Part shown: positions 50,201-60,723 of the stretch, one piece after another | How the letters are laid out: the number at the start of each line of letters is the position of its first letter | How positions within the stretch are numbered: position 1 is the stretch's first letter | NCBI GenBank assembly: GCA_002269645.1 | Contig: NIVC01000363.1 | Coordinates: forward strand, 372,001-436,000 | Length of the DNA stretch: 64,000 bases | Direction of reading: 5' to 3' | Source of the DNA: Macrostomum lignano | Taxonomy: Eukaryota | Made by a program: the position numbers and the translations under genes | The notes under the pieces: generated by a model | Databases searched by the model: none | Told to the model about the DNA's origin: nothing | What the model saw: only the letters and a program-made list of their open reading frames with translations

Positions 50201-51131
50201 AGATCCTCAGTTGCTGGGCCAGCCTCCCAGATCCTCAGTTGCTGTGCCAGCCTTCCAGATCCTCAATTGCTGGGCCAGCCTTCCCAGATCCTCAGTTGCT
50301 GGGCCAGCCTCCCAGATCCTCAGTTGCTGTGCCAGCCTTCCAGATCCTCAATTGCTGGGCCAGCCTCCCAGATCCTCAGTTGCTGTGCCAGCCTTCCCAG
50401 ATCCTCAGTTGCTGGGCCAGCCTCCCAGATCCTCAGTTGCTGTGCCAGCCTTCCAGATCCTCAATTGCTGGGCCAGCCTCCGAGATCCTCAATTGCTGGG
50501 CCAGCCTCCGAGATCCTCAATTGCTGTGCCAGCCTCCCAGATCCTCAGTTGCTGGGCCACAATCAAACCCTTTCAAGTCATTAAGAGTCTAAAAAGCTTC
50601 GCAAAGCAAGCTAAGAGACAATCAGACAGACAGTTAGAGCACTTAATTAAGTGTTGAATAAACAAAGCCACTGACCCGAAGCAACAGATGAAGAGAGAAA
50701 GAAACTGGAAAAATTTCTACTCGCTCATTTTACTAATAAAACTATAGAGCAGTGAGTGCTCTCGTAAATAGCACGTCAGGCACAGAGCCACAGGGCCACT
50801 CACCGATCATCTGGACAGACTTGGCCTCGCCCGGTTTCAACTGGTCGCCCTCCATCACCAGGTACCAGCCGTTCGGGTACACGGGCGGCACCCGGCCCTC
50901 CTTGCGAGCCCGCCGGATCCGGTTGGCGGTGTCTCTGCGCGACAGTCCGTCGAAGGTGATGTAGCCAACATCCTCCAGAGAGCGGCTGTAGTCCAGTTTG
51001 CGCAGGAAAATGCCATAGACTAACAGGACAATCAGCAGGACTAATGCTGGAGCCCAGGCCCACGGTGCCAACAGGCTTTCGCTGCCGCTGACTGTCTGTT
51101 GAACCAGCTGATGCAAAAGTTCGGGTAGCAT
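37309..51131 (-). CDS. nvd: Neverland/DAF-36 Rieske-domain cholesterol 7-desaturase, 431 aa
   Basis: Exons 51131-50804, 48063-47866, 40002-39824, 38784-38536, 37650-37309; all GT-AG, phases 1/1/0/0, total 1296 nt. N-terminal TM segment, PPVYPNGWY, Rieske CPH...CPFHGWQF, non-haem iron motif [35 protein letters not shown] and terminal DW* all match the family. Confidence 0.92.
37675..38400. repeat. Degenerate (TCAA)n microsatellite, neverland intron 4
   Basis: Direct reading. Confidence 0.95.
38900..39420. repeat. AAACCCGAAATATCAT-type tandem repeats followed by their inverted copy (foldback), neverland intron 3
   Basis: Left arm AAAATAGCATTGCCCATCAT (~39178-39198) pairs with ATGATGGGCAATGCTATTTT (~39297-39317); orientation switches at ~39272. 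Confidence 0.8.
39433..39520. repeat. 88-bp dispersed repeat, copy 1 (possible Tc1/mariner-like end)
   Basis: Identical to 40573-40660 in direct orientation; the reverse complement begins TA|CAGTGACTGTG. Confidence 0.8.
40060..40236. repeat. 23-nt minisatellite (CAGCAGATACCACCTGAGAGAGA), ~8 copies
   Basis: Direct reading. Confidence 0.9.
40573..40660. repeat. 88-bp dispersed repeat, copy 2
   Basis: Identical to 39433-39520. Confidence 0.8.
40662..41015. repeat. Purine-rich (GGAGAGAGGGGGAGATA-like) array
   Basis: Direct reading. Confidence 0.85.
41700..42505. repeat. 20-nt minisatellite (GATAAGGACACCAAATCTGA), ~40 copies
   Basis: Direct reading. Confidence 0.95.
43657..45410. repeat. 18-nt minisatellite (CTACTCCCTTCACTGCCC), ~95 copies
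   Basis: Direct reading; G-rich on the minus strand. Confidence 0.95.
45885..47429 (-). CDS. TUBA: Divergent intronless alpha-tubulin, 514 aa, nested in neverland intron 2
   Basis: [13 protein letters not shown] start, GGGTGSG signature, [49 protein letters not shown]; single uninterrupted ORF. Confidence 0.95.
   Translation of the reverse strand: MRECISVHIGQAGVQLGNACWELYCLEHGIRPDGTKLGAAPPVAAHSMYSCSSSCQQPQPQTCCSHDSCPNSEETFFAETQNGSRVPRAMFVDLEPTVIDEVRCGAYRRLFHPDQLVTGLEDAANNFARGRYTIGKELAPQVAETVGRLIERCDFPQGFLVFHSFGGGTGSGFGSLLMEHLANECGKLSRLLFSIYPAPRISTAVVEPYNATLCMRGMRDRSECNFIADNEALYDICRRGLDIERPNYTNLNRLLSQVLSAVTASLRFDGALNVDLAEFQTNLVPYPRIQYPMVNYAPILSPERANHEQLKVWDMTSACFDRSNQLVNCDLRSGRYMACCLLYRGDVAPCEVNMAIQRLRSSERRRVRFVDWCPTGFKVGINGQVPTVVPGGDLANVPRALCALSNTTAICDAWDRLAYKFDFLYSKRAFVHWFVGEGMEEAEFAEAREFLSCLRRDYEEIDGTVTTPTAGGATVVDDSLSWSQHQPQEQKSQQQQQQSPEDQQHQANAESENS
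48170..49070. repeat. 30-nt minisatellite (CCCCAGACTGTTATAGGCAGCCACCCCTAC), ~29 copies, neverland intron 1
   Basis: Direct reading. Confidence 0.92.
50083..50560. repeat. 28-nt minisatellite (GCTGGGCCAGCCTCCCAGATCCTCAGTT), ~17 copies, neverland intron 1
   Basis: Direct reading. Confidence 0.92.
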
Positions 51132-51526
51132 TTAATCAGATGCGTTGGCAGAGTCTCTGTAAGGCAACTGTAGCGATTCTGTTCTGCTCTCCAAACTTGG
51201 AATCCTTGTTAAAGCAATGTGTTGTGCTTTAGCTGCTGAAGAAATTCAGCGGCCTATGATATACTCTATTCCGCTCCCTGCACCTCTCGTTTCTCTCTCC
51301 CTCATTTTCTTTGGGGGGAGTGCAGGAGCGCCTGCACGCCATGCGCAACTCTATTTTTGGATAATTCACATTTGGCTCTGCAGCCAATAGCGAGCCGAGC
51401 CAGACGGACTCTCTGCAACTTCAAGGAGTACTAATTAGAGCCTAAATCTGGAATGCTTACAAACCAAATCCTCTCTGGTCACTTTCTGCAGCATGTTTTA
51501 GTAAAAACTTTGTCTCATTCTAAAGC

Positions 51527-51610
51527 TGGTGCTGGCGCCCCTTAGTGCTGGCGCCCCTTGGTGCTGGCGCCCCTTGGTGCTGGCGCCCCTTGGTGCTGGC
51601 GCCCCTTGGT
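51527..51610. repeat. 16-nt array (TTGGTGCTGGCGCCCC), ~5 copies, upstream of SINE copy 1
   Basis: Direct reading; same unit as 61523-61911 in inverted orientation. Confidence 0.9.
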
Positions 51611-51633
51611 GAAAGTCAATTTTATCAGCGAAT

Positions 51634-51940
51634 GGGGTGTTGCAGCCCAGTGGTCAGAGCGTCGGACTCACGACTGAAAAGTCAGGGGTTCGATTCTCGA
51701 CTCACTGGAACAATTTGTGTCCTTGAGCAAGACACTTGACTCTGCATTGCTTCAGTTCACCCAGATGTAAAATGGGTGCCAGCATTAGCTGAGGTAGTTG
51801 AGGGTGTGTGTGGCGACCCCCCAGTTCTTGGACTGAACAGCCGTACGCAGCCTTCAGATGCGCCGCGCGAATGGCTGCGACTGAGCTGTCGGTTGCACAT
51901 CTGGCCATTAGGGCAGGTGTAATAAATTAATATTATTATT
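51634..51940 (+). mobile_element. tRNA-derived SINE with CORE(MIR)-like central domain, intact copy 1
   Basis: A-box-like CAGCCCAGTGG (~51643-51653), B box GGTTCGATTC (51687-51696); central TGTGTCCTTGAGCAAGACACTT...CTTCAGTT...TGTAAAATGGG; AT-rich tail TAATAAATT..(TAT)n. A second near-identical copy lies on the minus strand. Confidence 0.8.
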
Positions 51941-52671
51941 GTTACTGTATTATCAGCCAATAAAATATCAGCAGAAATTGTGTCTGAGGATAATTTTGAG
52001 GGAGACTGTTCAGGGGCAGATTCTCGATAAAGATCTCCTTGACCGTAGGAAAGGAGAGAGGTAGGGCTGGGGGCAGGTGAGGATAGGACAGGAAAGACGA
52101 GATGGAGAGCAGTACTATTATAACGACGGGACAATAGCGCAGCTATTAAGCATAGCAACCCGATGAGTGGACATGAGGAGAGAAAGATTGGGAGAAGAAG
52201 GAGCAGTGAACTGATGCCAAAGTAGTAGGTGAAATAACATAGCTTTTATGCAGACCGGAAAACTCTATAGAGAATATTATGAAGAAAATTATCATCCATA
52301 ACCGGTTGGAAAAACTGGCGTTCTGACTTTCAATAAATTCTAAATGGAAGATCACCGCCATCTACTCTGCAATGGCTGAGGTTACTAGCTCTGGCGACCC
52401 TCTTAGGGGGCACTTACAATTTTCTGAAACTTCCAATGGCTACAGAAGTTTCCAAGTCTAATGATTTTATTATTTTTTGTTATAATTCTGTGTATAGTTC
52501 TTTCCTACAAAGATTTATTTCTTTAGTTGTAAATTATCGAGAGAAAATGAAATTACATATTAGCCGTTCGATTTGTTGATGAATTTAATTTTTTTTGCCT
52601 CCCACTGACGTATATGTTAGAGTAAAACAAAACGTTTTTGCACCTTAGTCTCAACATTACTGACTTTATAC

Positions 52672-53321
52672 CAGGGGCGTCGCCATGGATTTTATGGTGG
52701 GTGGGGGGGGGACAGCCAATAATTCAACATGTACATGACTAAATTTTGGCACTCATTTTGGCGCCGCAGGCACTCATTTTGGCGCCATAGGTACGCCGCA
52801 GGCACTCCTTTTAGCGCCGCAGGTACTCATTTTAGCACCACAGGAACTTATTTTAGCACCACAGAAACTCATTTTGGCGCCGCAGGCACTCATTTTGGCG
52901 CCGCAGGTACGCCGCAGGCACTTATTTTAGCGCCACAGGAACTCATTTTGGCGCCGCAGGCACTCATTTTGGCGCCGCAGGCACTCATTTTGGCGCCGCA
53001 GGCACTCATTTTGGCGCCGCAGGCACTCATTTTAGCGCCGCAGGCACTCATTTTAGCGCCGCAGGCACTCATTTTAGCACCGCAGGCACTCATTTTAGCG
53101 CCGCAGGCACTCATTTTAGCACCGCAGGCACTCATTTTAGCACCGCAGGCACTCATTTTAGCGCCGCAGGCACTCATTTTAGCACCGCAGGCACTCATTT
53201 TAGCGCAGCAGGCACTCATTTTAGCACCGCAGGCACTCGGGGGACAAAGCATTGGCATGTCCCCACATAGCATTTACTGGGAGGACAGCCCCCCCCTGTA
53301 TCCCCGGTGGCGACGTGCCTG
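52672..53321. mobile_element. Probable hAT-like MITE carrying an internal 21-nt minisatellite
   Basis: Imperfect TIRs CAGGGGCGTCGCCA / TGGCGACGTGCCTG; GGACAGCC near both ends; flanks CTTTATAC vs CTTTTACT only partly match as a TSD. Confidence 0.6.
52738..53238. repeat. 21-nt minisatellite (TTTTGGCGCCGCAGGCACTCA), ~23 copies
   Basis: Direct reading. Confidence 0.92.
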
Positions 53322-53857
53322 CTTTTACTTTTATTCCATTAACGCATTACTGACTGCCCTGTCTGTAGTTATTAATTTTATAAATTATTTGATTTTTACG
53401 AAACAGAAATTATACTGAGGGCTGTCGCAACTGGTAGCTCTGAAGAAGTTTGGTTAAAACAGAACTTAAATATAAAAAATTGTACTTTTACCGCTCTAGC
53501 ATACCCGAAATGATGTGAGAAAACGATGTAAAATTTTCGCATTTCTTCTAGAGTAATTTAGTCTCGACTAAAAAAATTATTAAAATATATAGTAATGAAA
53601 AATTCACAGACCCAGTTTAAGCCTAAAACAGATCTCTGTAAATAGAACTACAATTTATTATAATAAAGAAATTTCGCATGGGAAAATTTCTGGAGGCATT
53701 TTTCGGTGCAAATTTAATTTTGCTTTATTTGTTTTAATTCCTGTCACGTTCTTTCTAAGCAAGCGTTCTTTTTAAATTTCCAATTTGAAAGTACTGTACA
53801 TGTAGGTACATTCACAGATACTAGAATAACGCCAAGATTAAGTGTCTTGGTGGACAC

Positions 53858-54515
53858 CCCTGTCTCTTGGTTGGCGCCCAGCTGTCCCTCGGTTGGCGCC
53901 CCTGTCTCTTGGTTGGTGCCCCTGTCCCTTGGTTGGCGCCCTGTCTCTTGGTTGGCGCCCAGCTGTCCCTCGGTTGGCGCCCCTGTCTCTTGGTTGGCGC
54001 CCCTGTCCCTTGGTTGGCGCCCCTGTCCCTTGGTTGGCGCCCTGTCTCTTGGTTGGCGCCCCTGTCCCTTGGTTGGCGCCCTGTCTCTTGGTTGGCGCCC
54101 CTGTCCCTTGGTTGGCGCCCTGTCTCTTGGTTGGCGCCCCTGTCCCTTGGTTGGCGCCCCTGTCTCTTGGTTGGCGCCCCTGTCCCTTGGTTGGCGCCCT
54201 GTCTCTTGGTTGGCGCCCCTGTCCCTCGGTTGGCGCCCCTGTCTCTTGGTTGGCGCCCCTGTCCCTTGGTTGGCGCCCTGTCTCTTGGTTGGCGCCCGGC
54301 TGTCTCTTGGTTGGCGCCCTGTCTCTTGGTTGGCGCCCCTGTCCCTTGGTTGGCGCCCTGTCTCTTGGTTGGCGCCCTGTCTCTTGGTTGGCGCCCCTGT
54401 CCCTTGGTTGGCGCCCTGTCTCTTGGTTGGCGCCCGGCTGTCTCTTGGTTGGCGCCCTGTCTCTTGGTTGGCGCCCGGCTGTCTCTTGGTTGGCGCCCCT
54501 GTCTCTTGGTGGGCG
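53858..54515. repeat. 20/21-nt minisatellite (CTGTCTCTTGGTTGGCGCCC[C]), ~31 copies
   Basis: Direct reading. Confidence 0.92.
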
Positions 54516-55440
54516 CTACTGGTAGGAAGGTTACGTACCGGTAGTAGACTGATTAGGTATTAGGTAGGTCTACACATTTAGATGGGTATATATAGGATAG
54601 GTACGTGTATACCTGTATGTAGGATATATTATATTCCTGGTCAAGAAGGTATAGGTAAGCAGACAGGTAGGTGGCTAGCAAGTTTCATGTAGGTTTGTTG
54701 GTTTGTAGGTTGATGATCACAGGTACACTGTAGTTAGGTATAGACAGGTAGATAAAGTAGGTTAATAGATAAGGTAGATAAGGTAGATAAGGTAGTTAGC
54801 TAGGTAGCTCACTGAGTACTCGTAGGTATAAAGCTACCTAGAAATAGCTACAAGGAACAAGCAACTACAACAGTCAGTACTTTAAACTACAAACTTCACC
54901 AGTCAACTTGCATTCTCGTGACTCCAACAGCAATTTGTGCGGCCACTGCGCAGTGCATGGTAGAAAAAATTGTTTATTTATTCTCGGCGATATTTTGCTG
55001 TCGGAAAAAGTGCACGAACACACACACACACATCATCTGGAATTTAGCGCTGCAATTTTATTATTTTATTCATATAGAGTCGCAGATTAAAGTCAGACGT
55101 CGGGGCAGATTTTGAACAGATTGGTAGCTGCTAACAAACTGCGCGGCGAAAGCTGACAACTCTCGGAATTCCCAGAACAGAAATTAGTGAGAAATTTCAA
55201 GTCAATATGGAAACAAAAAGACTGCTTTTGTCCGAGAGACTTTTTAGACAGAGGCGCCAAACCTGTTTGCTAAGGTTGTTAATCTATTAATAAAATTAAT
55301 TTATTACACCTGTCCTAATGGCCAGATGTGCAACCGACAGCTCTTGACTTACTTGACTTAGCTGCAGGGCTGTCCCGGAGGGGACACAGCGGGAAGGCGC
55401 GGGCGCCCATTCCGCTAGTCCCTGAACGGCCGACGCGTCG

Positions 55441-58400
55441 CTATGGACGGAGGGTTGGCGCCGCCCAGGGAGGTCCCCCAGTGTCGCCAGCAGCTATGGT
55501 GCTCTCTGGAAAGGAGAGTTCAGCCCTGCGGGTGGCCCGAAGGTAGCGCATGAGCTGATTAAAGTTTTCGGGTTTGCACGCTTCAGTAATAGATGTGTGT
55601 GGCCCGAGGTAAGTGAGTCTGGCCCGCGTGAAGGCGGGACAGATGCTGACGAAATGCTCAGCGGTTTCGTCACCTGAGTTGCAGAAACTACAGGTGGCGT
55701 TGGTGGCGTTGCCCTGCAGGTACTGGTGCCTGGAGAAGCAGCCGTGACCAGAGAGGGTCATGGTGGCAGCCCGGATGTCTCTGCGCGAGAGGCGCAAGAG
55801 GAGCTTCCGGAGCTGGTGAGAGGGCTGAGGGACAGCGCCTCTGGATTGCCTGCAGTTCGTGCGGTTCGCCCAAGTCGAGCGGTGCTGAGTCCTGATCCAC
55901 GCTTTGATGCGCGAGTCGATGACACAGCCAGGATCGGGACAAGAGGTTCGGGGCCGAGAGAGGAGCCGGAGGCACCAACTTTTGCAAGGGTGTCAGCCAA
56001 CTCATTTCCTCGGATCCCCACATGCCCCGGAACCCACTTAAGGGTAATTTTGTTGGCGGAACCCAACACATTGAGGAGTTTGATACAGTCAAGGACTGTA
56101 GCAGAGTTGGTGCTGCAGCCACTGATGGCGTGCAAGGCAGCTTGGCTGTCCGAATGGAAAATGATGTTCTTACCAGTAACGCCAGTGGCGAGAAGCTCTG
56201 CAGTGCAGGAGCTGATGGCCAGAACTTCATTTTGGAAAACACTGGAGTTGACCCCAGTGTATTGAGCGTGGGTAGCGATGACCCTCCCGTTCAGAAAGAT
56301 TCCAACACCAAAGCCGGTGTTGGCTGACTGCTTAGAACCGTCGGTGTAGCAATGAAGCTCACCAGGGTTCCAATGGTCATTGATGTTATCGCGCGAGTCG
56401 ATAGCTACGGAGTAGCGCTGTCTCAGGTTGAGCGTTGAGGCAATGCCATCGGTGAAGACGCGATTGGCCTGACACTCGTTGAGAAAGTTGAGGCACAGAT
56501 CGCTATGCGGGACAAGGTTCCGCTTAGCAGGTGCTCTCATGTAAATGAATTTGACGCCGGCATCAATTAGACGCCGCGTCGTTCTAGCCGCCTCACCCCT
56601 GATGAAGAGGTCAAGAGGCGGAAGATTAAGAAAGGCCCCCATGCCAGCAAAGGGCGTGGACCTGGTGGCGTTGCAGATGAGCCTACACGCTCTGCCTTGG
56701 ATCGTGTTGAGCAGGTCTGCATGGCTTTTGACCTGGGTAGCGCTAACCCAGACAACAGAGGCGTACGTAATGGCAGGTCTAACTACGGAAGTATAGATCC
56801 ACCAAAGCCGCTTTGGGGATAGACCCCAAGAAGTGCCAAGTGCTCGTCGGAGCTGGGCCAGGATGGCTGAGGCACGCTTAGCTTTTGCTTTCACGTGGAA
56901 GGACCAGTTGAGCCGGTGGTCAAGTGTGACCCCGAGACATCTGGTCTGGTGCGCGAAGGCAATATCTCTGCCGTAGAGCTGCAGAGGACGTATGTTCCAG
57001 CGTAGTCTGCTGGTAAACATAATGGCAACGGTTTTGGGCTCAGAGAGTTCCAAACCATTGTCATTGGCCCAGGATTCTGCTTTGCGGATAAAGCTCTGCA
57101 TCAGATCCCTGAGCGTGCTGGGAGACGGTCCTGCCACAATGGCCGTGACGTCATCAGCATACCCGACTTTGAAGACGGGGTCAGGTCGGGAGTCACTCAG
57201 AAGAGCGTCCATGACCAGGTTCCAGAGCGTCGGGGTGAGGACTCCGCCTTGGGGTCCACCCTTACAGACTCTGGTGGAGGCAGTTTGCCCAAGAAGTTGG
57301 GCAGTGACCGTACGGTTGGAGATCATGTACATGATCCACCGTATGAGGGTAGCATGAGCTTTGCGATTTTGAAGGGCCCTCTGAAACGCTTCAAAGATAA
57401 CGTTGTCGAAGGCGCCAACAATGTCAAGAAAGAGAGCCAGGGCGTAACCGTCACCCAGTACCGCCCGTTCAATCTTTTCGACAATCGCATGCAGGGCGCT
57501 GTCAGTCGACCTCCCGGTACGGAAGGCGTGCTGATTATTGCTGAGGGGCATCGCTGTCAGCTCGCAGGAGAGCAGCCGCCAGAGATTAAGCCTCTCAGTG
57601 AGCTTAAGCATTGCTGACGTTAAGCTAATTGGCCGGAAGGCCTTGACGCTTTGGTAGTCACCCTTCCCAGGTTTGGGAATAAAGACTACTCGAGCTTCAG
57701 TCCAGCTTTTGGGAACGTATCCCAGCTGGATAGAGGCCCGCATAAGATTGCGGGTGAGTCTCAGGAACGAGGGTATCTTGGCTGCTTCACGAAGGAGAAC
57801 AGGGTAGATACCATCAGGTCCAGGAGATTTGAAGGGTTTGAAGGTTCTGACCGCACGAGCGATTAGGTCTTCAGTGACAATGCCCGCCGCTAGGGTGGCT
57901 CCATCCATCGAATGGTTGGGCTCCGGTCTAGCAGTAGGTACCCTCGGGAAGAATGTGCTAAGCATATGCTGAAGCACTTCTTCAGGGTCTTTAGTAAGAG
58001 AGCCATCATCTTTTTTATCATGGCTAATTTGGACATTTTGTCCATTGTAAGGGCCTTGACAAGCCTAGAAGTAGGTCTGTCTTGATCCAATTCATTGCAG
58101 AATTGGCGCCACTTACATTCCTTGGCCTTGCGCACTTCAGATTTGAAATTGCGGGAGGCTTGCCGGAAAAGCTCCATGTCCTCCGGGTTTCCGGTCTTCA
58201 TGGCACGGCGATGAAGGCTTTTGGCCTTCCGCCTGAGTTTCCCCAGCTCCGGGTTCCACCACGGCGCCGAGGTCTTGCCTCTGTAGGCGCGAGCAGGACA
58301 AGCCGCTTCGTAGGCTGCAATAATGCAACCTGTCAGCGTCTCAGCCATATGATCCACATCCTCGCAGGTCTCAATCGGACGTAAGTCCGTGAGTTCCTGC

Positions 58401-59179
58401 AGGTGCAGATCAAGGGCAGCCTTGTAGGCCGCCCAATCAGTGTTGCGGATATTGCGTCTCCAAGTGATCGGAGACTGGGTTTTAGTGTCCGCGATATTAA
58501 AGGCGATAAAGCAGTGGTCAGACAGGGAGGGCTCCTCAGACCAGACTCTCCACTCCTTGACTCTGTCAAAGAGTCTTGGGGTAACGAGTGTGGCGTCGAG
58601 GACCTCGGTCCATCTGCCATTATTAAAGGTAGGAGTGCTGCCGCGGTTGCAGAGCATGAGGTTTGTGTTAGAGATGAGGGCCAGAAGCTCCTCTCCTCTA
58701 GTGTTGGTATCTTTGCTGCCCCAGTGCTTGTGGTGCGCGTTGAGGTCGCCCCCTAAGCACAGCTCAGCGTTCTGGGACTCGCAGTACTGCGCAAGGCGCA
58801 GTAAACTCTCGGGAGCAGGGTCTCTGTCGCCTGGGATATAAACCGAGGCAACAAGACACGTACGCGGAGAGAAATGATTAGATTGGATGACGCAAAGGTC
58901 TCCATCAGAGAGATCAGTCCTCAGCCAAGCCTGGAGATGGCTAGCAGCGAGGATAGCCGCTCTAGGGCGGCTGTTCCCCGGGCCACACACATAAAAATCA
59001 GAGTAGCCAGAGGGAATGTTGGGCAACTTACCGTTGCGCATCCAGGGTTCCTGGATCAGGATGAGGCCTGGCCTGTACAGCTCAGCAATCTTCATCAGAT
59101 TTACTGACGCAGATACGCAATGCTGTAAATTTATTTGCAGACAGAATGTCGCTCCTTTGGCAGCGTGGAGCTTAGTCAT
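55441..59179 (-). pseudogene. LINE ORF2 (APE endonuclease, RT, RNase H, C-terminal CCHC) broken by two 1-nt deletions
   Basis: APE motifs QINLQH, LIQEP, GDLNAHH, SDH; RT QGGVLTP and YADD; RNase H YTDGSK, SDSQAAL, NELAD; CSFCNSGDETAEHFVSIC. Frame breaks at the T6 run 58011-58016 and at GG 55931-55932; repaired length ~1,246 aa. Confidence 0.88.
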
Positions 59180-59202
59180 ACTGTATTAAATGCAATATCT
59201 GG

Positions 59203-60723
59203 CTAGAGCCCAGGGCCATCAAGGAGACTTGGACAACAGATCGTCCTCGTCCCAGGCCGCTGGGGCTTGACTGGGAGATGGGAGTTGGTCGACGTCCATG
59301 GCCTCCTCACCCCCACCGGCCCCCCAGCAGAGTCCTCAGGCTCCGATGACAGGATGGAGGAAGCTTCCTCACCTGCATCTTTACCTTCAGACCCCACCAA
59401 GGTGGCCGAGGAGAGCTCGGATTCCGAAGACCCGGCCTCGTCCTCAACTCCTTCTCCGACTGGCAGGTTTGGTTCCCGGGGCTTGGCCGGAGCCGTTACC
59501 GCGGTCGCCGAACTGCTGCTAGCAGAGGGGCGAGATGCAGCTTTGGCTTTGGGATCGGCTTGCGCCTTTCCTTGGGCCTTAGACTGCGCCCCGCTCTTGC
59601 CGGAGATGCCGGGGTTGGCAGTAGCCTTCCCTTTGGCAGACTTTCCTCGGCGCAACTTGAGCTTGAGGGCACCCAGCTGGAAAGAGGATCCATTAGGGTA
59701 CCGACTCGCCCAAGTGCTGGAAAGGCCGAGGACAATTGAGTTGCCCGTCTCCCCCCTGCGGACTTTGCGGTGATACACCAGTCCACTAGCAGGGAGGTCG
59801 GGGTTCAGACGCAGTAGGACCCGGCGAATAACGTCTGGTCCAGCTGCGGTGCTCTTAGCAGGGACGAAAACCACATAGGGTATCGTCTTTGGACGCTGGC
59901 CCTCGCGAAGAAAAAGAGCTCCACCAAGGTCAGCATCCAAGGAGACCGTCGGTAGCCGCTGGAGCAGCCGCCGAGCGTCCTCCTCGCTGCTAGGAGCAAT
60001 AAGAACGAATGTGCTTCGCAGCACCATCCGCTCAACGCCGATGGAGATTCCCTCCTCGACAGTCAGCTCAATCAGATAGGAGTCAACAGCACTCCACACT
60101 TTTTGAAGCTGATCAGTGGTCCAGTCCTGGTCGCGACCTTGGATGATCACTCCCGGGATTTTGGCCTTGGCCTTCGCCGCAAAGGTAGCTCCCGAAGGAA
60201 CCTCCTTGTTGGCAGTGGCCATTTGTTGCGCCGTGGTTTCGGCCTCAGCAGCCGCGGCAGCAGCTCCAGGGAGCGCCGCCGCTGAACTACTGGAGCTTCC
60301 ACCGGCCGGCCCGCCTGGTTGCCTTGGGACTCCAGTCGCTTCAGCATCCATGGTGGACGCCGCCGCTTTGGCCCCCGCAGCTCCCTTCTTGGCCTGCCTT
60401 TTGGCGCGTTGTTTAGCGCGTTTGCGCTCAAGCCGAGCCCGCTGAGCTTCATCGGATCTGCCAGATTTGGCCGGTCCTTTAGGCTCAGAGCTCGCGGTTC
60501 CCTTAGATCCACCAGCGGAGCTGGCAGGTCTTAGGGTATTTTGAGTTTGGTAGCTCTGGTCGGATCTGCCAGCAGAGCCAGCCGGTCCTTCCTTTGCCAC
60601 AGTTGAATCAGTCGGTTGGGATCTGCCAGCAGGGCCGGCCGGTCCTTCGGACTGAGGTTGGGGTTTAGAAGGGTCCCCGTCCCTAGAAATAGCTTGTTTA
60701 TCCATAGTCGGCTCGAAGGCCAT
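59203..60723 (-). CDS. LINE ORF1 (gag-like nucleic-acid-binding protein, ~506 aa from the first ATG)
   Basis: Intact ORF upstream of ORF2; basic and low-complexity termini; central region (RVLLRLNPDLPASG) reminiscent of LOA/R1 ORF1; no CCHC knuckle seen. Confidence 0.75.
   Translation of the reverse strand: MAFEPTMDKQAISRDGDPSKPQPQSEGPAGPAGRSQPTDSTVAKEGPAGSAGRSDQSYQTQNTLRPASSAGGSKGTASSEPKGPAKSGRSDEAQRARLERKRAKQRAKRQAKKGAAGAKAAASTMDAEATGVPRQPGGPAGGSSSSSAAALPGAAAAAAEAETTAQQMATANKEVPSGATFAAKAKAKIPGVIIQGRDQDWTTDQLQKVWSAVDSYLIELTVEEGISIGVERMVLRSTFVLIAPSSEEDARRLLQRLPTVSLDADLGGALFLREGQRPKTIPYVVFVPAKSTAAGPDVIRRVLLRLNPDLPASGLVYHRKVRRGETGNSIVLGLSSTWASRYPNGSSFQLGALKLKLRRGKSAKGKATANPGISGKSGAQSKAQGKAQADPKAKAASRPSASSSSATAVTAPAKPREPNLPVGEGVEDEAGSSESELSSATLVGSEGKDAGEEASSILSSEPEDSAGGPVGVRRPWTSTNSHLPVKPQRPGTRTICCPSLLDGPGL

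Noticed and set aside
51634-51705. tRNA gene (also 61430-61500)
   Set aside because: A and B boxes are present, but there is no acceptor-stem closure and the head continues into a shared SINE body
55344-55440. LINE 3' end as donor of the SINE tail (partner relationship)
   Set aside because: No similarity between the LINE 3' UTR and the SINE tail
55726-60534. Plus-strand ORFs over the LINE, and alternative-frame ORFs over GLI, TAF6-like, peroxiredoxin and tubulin
   Set aside because: Shadow ORFs of GC-rich coding sequence with no independent motifs
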